A stretch of DNA of 64,000 nt from contig OZ242318.1 of assembly GCA_965208105.1 (NCBI GenBank), forward strand, positions 3,072,001-3,136,000. The letters run 5' to 3'. The notes under the pieces are model-generated. The model saw only the letters and a program-made list of their open reading frames with translations, did no database searches and was not told the DNA's origin. The number at the start of each line of letters is the position of its first letter. The stretch's first letter is position 1. Positions 24,524-33,428 of this stretch are shown here, piece after piece. The position numbers and the translations under genes are program-made. Origin of the DNA: Candidatus Latescibacterota bacterium. Lineage in GTDB: Bacteria; Latescibacterota; UBA2968; UBA8231.

Positions 24524-24811
24524 TCGGTGCGCCACCAATTTGTCGTGGTATTTCTTCAGTTGGGTCTCCAGCCGTTCCTTCGCGGTATCTATGGCCTTGT
24601 AGAGATTTTCGTCCGAGCAGGAGGCCGCTATGGTCTGATGCGGCACTTTGACGATAATTTCGACATGGGTACTCTGCTTCTGTTTATCGAGGACGACCTC
24701 GCAATCCCTGATCCTGCTGAAAAACCTGTCGAGCTTGGCACATGCTTTCTCGATGCGCTCTTTGGTGTCATCCGATATCCTGGTATTGCGCACGCTGATT
24801 CGAGGCTTCAC
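24521..24811 (-). CDS. hpf: Ribosome hibernation promoting factor (short HPF/RaiA)
   Basis: KLDRFF..CEVVL..VEIIVKVP..ENLYKAIDTAKERLETQLKKYHDK. Confidence 0.9.
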   Translation of the reverse strand: MKPRISVRNTRISDDTKERIEKACAKLDRFFSRIRDCEVVLDKQKQSTHVEIIVKVPHQTIAASCSDENLYKAIDTAKERLETQLKKYHDKLVAHR

Positions 24812-24919
24812 ACCATGCTCCTTTCTCGGGTCGCAATTCGAATGCCATTTTCCCTTCCCCGCCAGGGCACGCCCCCCGGGTTCCCCGGCTGAGACTGTGC
24901 CTGCCCGGGGGACATCCTT

Positions 24920-26209
24920 TCAACAGCGCTTCTCCAGCGGCACGTAGGCCCTCTGGGTGGACCCTGTATATATTTGCCGCGGCCGGTTGAGGCGTCCCCT
25001 CGTGATGAAGCGCGCCTCGCGCCAGTGGGCGATCCAGCCCGGCATGCGGCCGATTGCGAACATCACGGTGAACATATTCCGGGGGATGCCGATGGCGCGC
25101 AGAATCACCCCGCTGTAGAAATCCACGTTGGGATAGAGTCTGCGCTGGATGAAGTAGTCGTCCTCCAGGGCGGCCGCTTCCAGCTCCTCGGCAATATCCA
25201 GCAGGGGGTCGCGAATTTGCAACCTGGCCAGCACTCTCCCGGCCGCCTTTTTGATTATCGTTGCCCGCGGGTCGAAGTTTTTGTAGACGCGATGGCCGAA
25301 CCCCATGAGGCGGATCCCGTTCTTTCTGTCCTTGACCTGTCCGACAAAATCCTTGACCGAAATCTTCGCCGCCCTGATTTGCTCCAGCATCTCCACGACC
25401 GCCACATTGGCGCCTCCGTGAAGCGGACCCCAAAGGGCGCACACCCCGGCCGACACCGAGGCAAAGAGGTTGGCCTCGCTACTGCCGACCATGCGCACTG
25501 TCGAGGTGCTGCAGTTCTGCTCGTGGTCGGCGTGCAGAAGAAAGATCAGATCCAGAGCCCTGACCAGTTCCGGATCCGGTTCGAATTCGCGGTAGGGCAG
25601 GCTGAACATCATGTGGAGCAGGTTTTCGGAGAAGGTTTTGTCCGGGTGAGGGTATATCATAAGGTGTCCCAACGCGTGCCTGTAGGAATAGGCGGCAATG
25701 GTGCGCACCTTTGACATGATGCGCGCGGCGGTCTCCTGAAAGGTGTCCTCGTCCTCGATCTCCAACAGTTCGGGATAGAAACAGCTGACGACGTTGAGAA
25801 CGGCCGAGAGAACGGCCATAGGGGGGGAGTCGGGAGGAAACAAGTCGAAGTGGCGCCGGATTTCTTCGCGCAGCATCTGGTGCCTGTCGAGCGAATCGCT
25901 GAAGCTTTCAAGTTGCTCGCGAGTGGGCAGATCGCCCCAGATCAGGAGGTAGGCAGTCTCGATAAAACTACTGTGCTCGGCCAGTTCCTCGATGGGAATA
26001 CCGCGGTAGCGGAGAATACCCTTTTCTCCATCGATAAAGGTGATGGCACTCTGGCAGGATCCCGTGTTGCCGAATCCATCATCCAGGGTGATGTAGCCAC
26101 TTTGGCTTCGCAGGGCACTGATATCGACTGCGCGTTCGGCCTCGCTGCCGGCGACAATCGGCAGGTCAACCCCTTCCTTGCCTAACTGCAGGCGGGCAGT
26201 TTCCTCCAT
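24920..26209 (-). CDS. gltA: Citrate synthase
   Basis: LHADHEQNCSTSTVR, WGPLHGGAN, GFGHRVYKNFDPRA, LYPNVDFYSG. Confidence 0.97.
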   Translation of the reverse strand: MEETARLQLGKEGVDLPIVAGSEAERAVDISALRSQSGYITLDDGFGNTGSCQSAITFIDGEKGILRYRGIPIEELAEHSSFIETAYLLIWGDLPTREQLESFSDSLDRHQMLREEIRRHFDLFPPDSPPMAVLSAVLNVVSCFYPELLEIEDEDTFQETAARIMSKVRTIAAYSYRHALGHLMIYPHPDKTFSENLLHMMFSLPYREFEPDPELVRALDLIFLLHADHEQNCSTSTVRMVGSSEANLFASVSAGVCALWGPLHGGANVAVVEMLEQIRAAKISVKDFVGQVKDRKNGIRLMGFGHRVYKNFDPRATIIKKAAGRVLARLQIRDPLLDIAEELEAAALEDDYFIQRRLYPNVDFYSGVILRAIGIPRNMFTVMFAIGRMPGWIAHWREARFITRGRLNRPRQIYTGSTQRAYVPLEKRC

Positions 26210-26510
26210 ATATCGAACTCCTTCGTTGACGGGCGGCCCTCTCCCCTGCTGCGCTCAGGTGAGGCTGCAATGGCTTCTTTCCACATTTATCCTTAGGGTA
26301 ATTTCAAAAGAATCCAGCGTCAATACTGGTATGGGGGATACGGGATGCGGGGCGCCTTTCGGCGGGGACCGGATCAGGAAAACCTGGTTGTTCGGCGACG
26401 GGCAAGCGATCGATCTGGACAGGAGGGGGCGTGATTTTAGTTTTTCTGCTGATTTGAACCTGCATTCCATGCCGCTTTGCATCCTCTGCCGGAACCTGCC
26501 ACGTATTAGT

Positions 26511-29500
26511 ATGTTGCGCCTGTTGCCCATGCTGCTGTTGACCGCCTCATCGTCTCTCGAGGCCGGTCCGGTTCGCATCCTCTCCTCAACCCCCGACGGC
26601 CTGACCCTGGAACTGGAATTGGATCCGCCCCAATTGGTACAGGTCTCCAGGGGAGGGCGCCAATACCACGAACTTTCGGTGCCGGGGTCTTCCAGTCTGG
26701 ACCGTTCCGGCCAGCCTGCACTGCCCTTCTTCGCCGAACTTCTGGCCGCTCCCCCCGGAGCTCAGGTAAGGCTGGAAGTCGAGGAAGCCCATTACATAGA
26801 GTGGGAGAATATCCTCTTTGTTCCCGTGTCGGCCTCCGATGAAGGAAGCGGCCCGGCCAACGAGCCACATCTCCAATACCACGGCCGCAATGCATTTGCT
26901 CCGGTGGAACGAGCCACCAGCGAGTTCCTCGGCATCATGCGGGGTGTGCCTGCCCACAGCCTGTGCATCTTCCCCTTCAGCTACAATGAAACCCGGCGCG
27001 TTCTGCGGATCTACCAGCGGCTGCAAATCCGTGTGCGTTTCGCCGGAGGAGGCAGAGCAAAGGCCCTCGACCCGGGAGCGGACCCGCACGCAGCAGGCAT
27101 CTACGGAGCATTCCTCAATCGTCCTCGGGTGGCAGGTAATGCCGTATCCAGGGTGGAATCCTACGACTGGTACGACCCGGCGTCGCCGTGGATCAAGATT
27201 CTTGTCGACGAAGACGGTCTCTTTCGGATCGATCCCTCCTGGTTGAAGGAACGCGACATCGACGCGGCGGGCATAGATCCGCGAACCTTGCAGTTGTACT
27301 ATCGAGGCGAGGAACAGACAGTTGATGTCCACGGTCAGGGGGACGGCAGTTTCGACCAGGGAGATTACCTGGTTTTTCACGGCCGCTTCCGGCGTGACGA
27401 CAGGGACTTCGAGAGCATCTTCGGACGCCGCAACACCTACTGGCTGACCTGGGGAAGAGAGACTGGACGGCGGTTTGTCGAGCGCAGCGGCGCCCCGGTC
27501 CTGGGCTATCCCTCACCGACTTCGTATTGGACCACCGGTCATTTCGAGCGCGACCTGTGGTTCGAGGCGCTGGAGGATGCCCCGGACAACAGGCGCGACC
27601 ACTGGTTCTGGCACAGGCCGGTATTTGCCAACAGCCCCAACGTGCCTTCCTCCCGGATTTATGTCGGGGAGCTGACCCAACCAGACATGAGCTCCGACTA
27701 CACGGCTCACATCCGCCTGGCGGTCCACGGCGCCACCAGCCTCGGGCACCACACGGTCCTCAAACTTAACAACCACATCCTCGACGAGCGCATCTGGAGT
27801 GGACAGGTCGAGATGCTGGTCGGCGCAGAAATAGCGAGTGGGCATTTGCGCACTGGCCCCAACCAGGTGCTTCTGCAGGCTTTTGCCGACCAGGCCAAGT
27901 GGGACAAAATTCTTTTCAACTGGTTTGAAATCGATTACCGCCGGCTCTACATGGCCATGAGCGGCTACCTCGCCTTTTCCCAGCCTCCATCCGCCGGCCA
28001 TCGCATCGTGGTCTCCGGTTTCTCCCATCCCCGGATCCAACTCTACGACGTTGCAAATGGAGTCCGGTTTGTCGATCTCGTGGTCGAAGGAGATGGGACG
28101 ATGCTGAGCGCGACCTTCGAAGACAGGTCGGAAAAGGCCTCTTCCTACGTCATGGCCGACAGCATGAATCTGCGGACCCCGACGGGAATCCCGGACGAAA
28201 TTTCCTCGTGGCGGTCCCCCTCCAACGAGGCCGATTACCTGATCATTGCGCACCCGCTCTTTCTCGCCTCGGCCCGGCGTTTGGCCGACCACCGCAGCCG
28301 CGAAGGCCTGGTGGTGGAGGTTGTCTCTACCGAGGACATCTACGACGAGTTTTCCCACGGCCTGCTCGACCGGGAGGCGATTGCCGCCTTCATAAGGCAC
28401 AGCTATCACAACTGGCAGCGGCGTCCGGCCTACGTCCTGCTCCTGGGGGATGCCACCTACGACTACCGCAACATACTGGGAGGCGGCCAGCCCAGCTTCG
28501 TTCCCACGCTCTACTATCAGGCCAGGGAGCGCGGCCACTCCCCCAGCGATTATCTCTATGCCCTGGTGGACGGCGACGATATTCTCCCTGACTTGAGCGT
28601 CGGACGTCTCGCGGTGGGCAGCGCCGAGGAGGCCGAGCAGGTGGTGGAGAAGGTCATTCGCTACGACCGGGAACCGGAGCCGGGGGCTTGGCGCAGCCGC
28701 GTTCTCTTCCTGGCCAACTACCACGAGAATGGACTGTTCGCCGGACCCAGCGACGACCTGGCCTCCCGCTACACCGAGCCGCTGGGGCTGGAATCTGTCA
28801 AAGTCTATGGCCAGGACGAAAGCCCCATTCCCAACCGAACCGGCAGGAGCTTCGTCGACGCGCTCAATGCAGGTGCTCTTCTGCTCAATTTCAACGGCCA
28901 CGGCAGCGCGGGCACCATGCAATTCGTCTTCAGCTCGCAACTGCCGGACTGGGACTACCTGAGCCAGGTGCGAAACGGCGGGCGTCTGCCGCTGGTACTT
29001 GCGCTTTCCTGCTTCAATGGACTCTTTGCAAACCCGGTGGTGAAGGGTTTGGCCGAGATTTTCACAAACATGGCCGATGGAGGTTCCATCGCCTACATCT
29101 CGGCCAGTGCAAAAAGCTTCGTGGCACAGAACAACCTGCTGGCAGAATTCCTGTTCAACCAGTTTTTCGAACGCGGGAACCTGGAGTTCGGTCCGGCGCT
29201 AGATACGGCCAAGGGACAGGTTCTTGCAGCCCACTTGAGCTGGAGGACGGCCCTCCTGGGGATGCAGCTACTCGGCGACCCGGCCCAAAAGCTTGCATTG
29301 CCCCACATGGCCGACTACACCCCCATCAGCCTGCAGTTCGAACCAGGGGAGGTGTTCGGCCAGTCCACAGTGGAGCTCAAGGCCATTCTGCGCAACAACA
29401 CCCGGTCGACCCGGGACAGCCTGGAGGTGGTGGTGCTCGCCTACTCGGAGGCCGCCGCCCGGCCCGAGACCCTGTTCCATGAATCCCAGGTTTCATTCGG

Positions 29501-32030
29501 CGGTGATCGCGCGTTGGCCTTCGATTGGCCGGTAGGAGACCGCCGCGGGCCATACCTCCTGGAGATCCTGCTGGATCCGCAAAACAGGGTGGAGGAGCTG
29601 GACGAGGGCAACAACAGCCTGCAGACAAACCTGGAAATCCTCGAGCCACTGATGCCTGCTCCTTTCTTTCCTCCTGCCCATGGAGTTGTCACTGCTGAAG
29701 AGGTGCAACTCGAAGCGGGTATGCCTCTGGTGCGGGACCCGATAAGCTGTGAATTTGCCTTGTCCCCGGATCCCGATTTCAAGCCTGGGAACACCCGGAT
29801 TTCACCACCCGTACCCGCCGCCGAGGGCCTGGCGGTGTATCGGCCGGCCGGGCTCGACAGCGATCAGGTCTATTTCTGGAAGGCCCGCGTCCACACCTCC
29901 ATCTCGGCGGGTCCCTGGAGTCCTCCTTTGTCATTCCAAGTTTCTCCGAGGCAGGCGGCGCCGCAGTGGCGCCAGGAAGGGCTGCAGTTCCTTGCAGCCA
30001 GGGTCAGCGACCTCGTCCTGGACGAGGCGGAGGGGCTGGTCCTGTCTCCGGCAGAGCGCCCGCTGCGTCCATCCAGCGCCACCCGCGAGGACGGTTTTAC
30101 GGTGCGCGGCCTCGAGGGGGCGGGTGTGCTCTGCACCGACGGTACCTATCTCTACGCCAAGCGCTGGTACAACGATGCCTCTACCATCTATCCGGGCACT
30201 GATTTTTTTACCCGAATCGGCACGGGCTTCAACGGGACCCGGCGGGGTGCCTTTTACGGGCCTCTCGCCGACTCCACGACCGCGGGCATCTCGGCGACAT
30301 ACCATGGCGACGGGTACATCTACAACGACAGTGGCCGAGCTTTCGAGCTCGAGCGCATTTCGGTCGAGAGCGGAATACTGGATACGGTAGAAATCCCGGC
30401 CGGCCTTCTGGAGTGGAAATACGGCCGCATCGAGGACGGCCATTCCTTGATCACATCCGACGGTCGCCACATCTACAATGCTTCCATGAGTTCAGAGGCG
30501 GGCACGAGAAACGAATGGAGAATCCGCGTCTTCGATCCGGCCGCGGACTGGTCTCTGCTGCGCGACTTTACCTCGCCTCCCACGGAAAACGGGTTCACCT
30601 TCGAGTGGACCGACGGACTGCTGGCTGACGGCCGGCGCCTTTACCTGGTCGAGTTTTCCGGCCGGCGCCGGATTCGAATGGTGGACGCCGTCGACGGCCG
30701 ATTCCTCGACGAGTGGACGAGCGACCAGGATACCACCCGGATTATCTCCGGCCAGTACGACTGGGTAAACAACAAGGTCTGGCTCGGCGATCTGTTCGGT
30801 CCGGCCGTATTTCGCTACGCCGGGCTGGGAAAGGTCGAAGCTGGACGGCTCACCTCCGGTCCCATCGGTCCGGCTTCGAGTTGGCAAAGTCTGCGGATCA
30901 GAGGAGAGGCTGTCGGAGGCGCCCAGCTGAAGGTGGATGTTCTGGGCGAGGATCCCACCGATGCAAGCTGGAATCCCCTGGACGGCCTGGTCGGGCTGCC
31001 GCTGGATGAGGAAGTGGACCTGGCAGGACTTTCCGCCGAAGAAAACCGGCGCATCCGCCTCCGGGCGGACCTGCAAGGTACCCCCGGCGATGCGGTTCTC
31101 GAATCCTGGGAGGTGGAGTTCGATCCCCTGCCCTCCCTGCAGCTGCTGGAAGCCGAGGCGGCCATCGACTCGGCGCGGCTGCGGGTGCAGGTCCTGGTGC
31201 GCAATATTACCAGCGGGGAGGTTTCCGGGGCCCGGTTGCAGCTTCAGCGCAGCGACCTGGATGGGACAATGGCGGACCGCCCCCTGGGCCGGCTGGGGCG
31301 TGGTGAAACCCGGGAGATTGTAATCGACAGCCTGTCTCCGCCTCCTTCAGGTGTCCGCCTTTTTGCCCAGGTCGTTACATCCCAACCCGATGCCGAGCCG
31401 GGTGATAATCGCCGGGAGATTCTCCTCCTCGGCGACCGGGCACTGGTATCATTCAAGATGTGGCCGGGTGGCCACCCTTTCCTGGATGGCGATCCGCTGC
31501 TCCCGGAGCAGGCCCTGTTGGTCCAGGTCCGGATAATGCCGGGAGACGAAGTTGTTCTCAGGGTGGACGGGGACCCCGTGGAAGCGGATTCCGTCTTCGC
31601 GCTCGCGCCGGGGGAGCAAGGGATTCAGGTCAAGTACCAACCGAAGGTCTCCTTTGGCGCACACGAGCTCCAGGTGGCCGTGCTCCGGGAGCACGAAGAA
31701 GTCGCCCTGGGGAGCGTTCGGTTTCTGCTCAGCGACAAGCTGGCAATCGTGCACCCCCTGCTCTATCCCCACCCGGTTAAAGATCGGACTTCTTTCACCT
31801 ATTTGCTCTCCCGGGAGGCCCGCGTCACCATTGAGATATACAGCCTCAGCGGCCGCCTTATCAACCGGCTTTCTCCTCTGACTCAGAGCGCAGGTTTTCA
31901 GCAGGTCCAGTGGGACGGCCGCGACAGGCAAGGACGGCGCCTGGCAAACGGTACGTATCTCTACCGGATTGTTGCCACAGGCGGCGGCCATAAGGCAGAG
32001 TTCCGGGGACCCCTCAGCATATGGCGCTGA
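26511..32030 (+). CDS. Secreted C25 (gingipain/PorU-like) cysteine peptidase with propeptide, CARDB-like domain and C-terminal FlgD-Ig domain
   Basis: Signal peptide, propeptide G.PALP, ADYLIIAH, IYDEFS.G, YVLLLGDATYD, VGRL, dyad motifs FNGHGS and LSCFNG, LLGDP, VEELDEGNN, and tail WDGRD..G..LANGTYLYRI. Start set at ATG 26511. Confidence 0.85.
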   Translation: MLRLLPMLLLTASSSLEAGPVRILSSTPDGLTLELELDPPQLVQVSRGGRQYHELSVPGSSSLDRSGQPALPFFAELLAAPPGAQVRLEVEEAHYIEWENILFVPVSASDEGSGPANEPHLQYHGRNAFAPVERATSEFLGIMRGVPAHSLCIFPFSYNETRRVLRIYQRLQIRVRFAGGGRAKALDPGADPHAAGIYGAFLNRPRVAGNAVSRVESYDWYDPASPWIKILVDEDGLFRIDPSWLKERDIDAAGIDPRTLQLYYRGEEQTVDVHGQGDGSFDQGDYLVFHGRFRRDDRDFESIFGRRNTYWLTWGRETGRRFVERSGAPVLGYPSPTSYWTTGHFERDLWFEALEDAPDNRRDHWFWHRPVFANSPNVPSSRIYVGELTQPDMSSDYTAHIRLAVHGATSLGHHTVLKLNNHILDERIWSGQVEMLVGAEIASGHLRTGPNQVLLQAFADQAKWDKILFNWFEIDYRRLYMAMSGYLAFSQPPSAGHRIVVSGFSHPRIQLYDVANGVRFVDLVVEGDGTMLSATFEDRSEKASSYVMADSMNLRTPTGIPDEISSWRSPSNEADYLIIAHPLFLASARRLADHRSREGLVVEVVSTEDIYDEFSHGLLDREAIAAFIRHSYHNWQRRPAYVLLLGDATYDYRNILGGGQPSFVPTLYYQARERGHSPSDYLYALVDGDDILPDLSVGRLAVGSAEEAEQVVEKVIRYDREPEPGAWRSRVLFLANYHENGLFAGPSDDLASRYTEPLGLESVKVYGQDESPIPNRTGRSFVDALNAGALLLNFNGHGSAGTMQFVFSSQLPDWDYLSQVRNGGRLPLVLALSCFNGLFANPVVKGLAEIFTNMADGGSIAYISASAKSFVAQNNLLAEFLFNQFFERGNLEFGPALDTAKGQVLAAHLSWRTALLGMQLLGDPAQKLALPHMADYTPISLQFEPGEVFGQSTVELKAILRNNTRSTRDSLEVVVLAYSEAAARPETLFHESQVSFGGDRALAFDWPVGDRRGPYLLEILLDPQNRVEELDEGNNSLQTNLEILEPLMPAPFFPPAHGVVTAEEVQLEAGMPLVRDPISCEFALSPDPDFKPGNTRISPPVPAAEGLAVYRPAGLDSDQVYFWKARVHTSISAGPWSPPLSFQVSPRQAAPQWRQEGLQFLAARVSDLVLDEAEGLVLSPAERPLRPSSATREDGFTVRGLEGAGVLCTDGTYLYAKRWYNDASTIYPGTDFFTRIGTGFNGTRRGAFYGPLADSTTAGISATYHGDGYIYNDSGRAFELERISVESGILDTVEIPAGLLEWKYGRIEDGHSLITSDGRHIYNASMSSEAGTRNEWRIRVFDPAADWSLLRDFTSPPTENGFTFEWTDGLLADGRRLYLVEFSGRRRIRMVDAVDGRFLDEWTSDQDTTRIISGQYDWVNNKVWLGDLFGPAVFRYAGLGKVEAGRLTSGPIGPASSWQSLRIRGEAVGGAQLKVDVLGEDPTDASWNPLDGLVGLPLDEEVDLAGLSAEENRRIRLRADLQGTPGDAVLESWEVEFDPLPSLQLLEAEAAIDSARLRVQVLVRNITSGEVSGARLQLQRSDLDGTMADRPLGRLGRGETREIVIDSLSPPPSGVRLFAQVVTSQPDAEPGDNRREILLLGDRALVSFKMWPGGHPFLDGDPLLPEQALLVQVRIMPGDEVVLRVDGDPVEADSVFALAPGEQGIQVKYQPKVSFGAHELQVAVLREHEEVALGSVRFLLSDKLAIVHPLLYPHPVKDRTSFTYLLSREARVTIEIYSLSGRLINRLSPLTQSAGFQQVQWDGRDRQGRRLANGTYLYRIVATGGGHKAEFRGPLSIWR

Positions 32031-32194
32031 CGTGGATGAGATTCCTTTGAATGTGGCTGCGAACCAGGGAGGATTGGAGAATCATCCCGCAGTTCTGGAG
32101 GGGTTGGCGGTTTCCTGCTCCAGGGCGGAGGAAGGGGAATGGCCGCCAATTTCTCCAGCCCTTTCTGCAGGCAGTGCCGGACCTGCTGACAGGA

Positions 32195-32506
32195 TCAGGA
32201 TTTCTTTCTCTGGCCTCTAATGGCCTCGATCTTCCCGTCGCGCTCGGCGAAGATCTGCTCTCGCATCCGCCTGATTTCGTCCTGGGACTGGCTTCGGCGC
32301 TCGGCAAATGTCTGGGGATCGACCCCGCGGGCCAGCTCTTCGAGTTTGCCTTTCAGCCCGATTTCCTGTTCCGCCCACTTGGCTTCGTATTGTTTCTTGA
32401 CTTCGTCGATGGCCTGTATCTGCTCTGGGGTCAGCTTGACATAATCTTCGTCTTCCCCGACCATATCGTCAGCCTTTTCCATAGCCAGTTCGAGCGCGGA
32501 TTTCAT
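32195..32506 (-). CDS. Small coiled-coil hypothetical protein
   Basis: AGGAGGT RBS, MKSALELAMEK N-terminus, helical charged sequence. Confidence 0.75.
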   Translation of the reverse strand: MKSALELAMEKADDMVGEDEDYVKLTPEQIQAIDEVKKQYEAKWAEQEIGLKGKLEELARGVDPQTFAERRSQSQDEIRRMREQIFAERDGKIEAIRGQRKKS

Positions 32507-32763
32507 GCGACCTCCTGATTATTTGCAGTAGCTTGCCACAACATGTCTCGATCTTGGAGGAATCGGGGCCCAGGTCGGCTTATGGTTGCCCGGGGATGTT
32601 CGCCTGAATTTCCTCTGGATGAAAAAGATATGGAACAGGGCGAGTTCGAGCAAAGACTGGCTTGTTGGATCGGGAGAATCTACAACCGCCGGTAAAGCGA
32701 GACGCAATAATAAATTTCTTCCATGTCGACGATTGGCTGAGTTTTCGAGAAGGAGTGATCCAA

Positions 32764-33210
32764 ATGGCGAAGCAGTGGAGGATCTACCTGGGAGGAGAGA
32801 TACACAGCGACTGGCGCCAGAAAATCATCGCGGGAGCGAGGAAGGGGCGGTTGCCCATCAGTTTCTCATCCCCGGTCACCGACCACGGGGCCAGCGATGG
32901 CTGCGGAGTCGAAATCCTGGGACCCGAGGACCAGTCCTTCTGGAGAGATCACAAGGGCGCCAAGATCAACGCCATCCGTACCCGCACCATGATTGGCGAT
33001 GCCGATATTGTCATCGTGCGCTTCGGCGAGGAGTTCAAGCAGTGGAACGCTGCCTTCGATGCTGGTTTTGCCGCTGCTCTGGGCAAGCCGCTCATAATTC
33101 TCCACCCCCCAAACCTCACCCATCCCCTGAAAGAAGTGGACAGTGCCGCCATGGCCGTAGCCCAAGAGCCCGAGCAGGTCGTGGAAGTTTTGCGCTACGT
33201 CACAACCTGA
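32764..33210 (+). CDS. YtoQ family protein
   Basis: YLGGEIHSDWR, PVTDH.ASD.CG, INAIRT, VRFGE..KQWNAAFDAG, HPLKEVD. Confidence 0.9.
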   Translation: MAKQWRIYLGGEIHSDWRQKIIAGARKGRLPISFSSPVTDHGASDGCGVEILGPEDQSFWRDHKGAKINAIRTRTMIGDADIVIVRFGEEFKQWNAAFDAGFAAALGKPLIILHPPNLTHPLKEVDSAAMAVAQEPEQVVEVLRYVTT

Positions 33211-33228
33211 GGGCTTGTCACCCACCGG

Positions 33229-33396
33229 CTAGTGTCGCGTCGCAGAGATAGGTTGACGAAATTGGGCCCCCGAGGCGGCAGGCTCACAAGGCGCCTGAGC
33301 GAGTCGTACCAGTAGTGTACGGCGAGTGAAGGCAACGCCGTGAGCCGGAATGGATCGGCGGAATAATGGCGACATATTTCCGGGACGCGACACTAG
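33229..33396. mobile_element. 168-bp MITE with CTAG ends
   Basis: Perfect 13-bp inverted ends CTAGTGTCGCGTC (33229-33241) and GACGCGACACTAG (33384-33396), extending imperfectly to about 29 bp. No transposase ORF. Lies between convergent genes. Confidence 0.8.
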
Positions 33397-33428
33397 CAGC
33401 CCGGATGGACTATTTCAACGGGCTGCTA
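33389..33428. repeat. 40-bp REP/MITE-like hairpin repeat, copy 2
   Basis: Near-identical to 24484-24523. Stem TAGCAGCCCG / CGGGCTGCTA. Confidence 0.85.

Noticed and set aside
26178-26510. 111-aa N-terminal extension of the C25 ORF
   Set aside because: It overlaps the gltA start; a signal peptide begins at ATG 26511.
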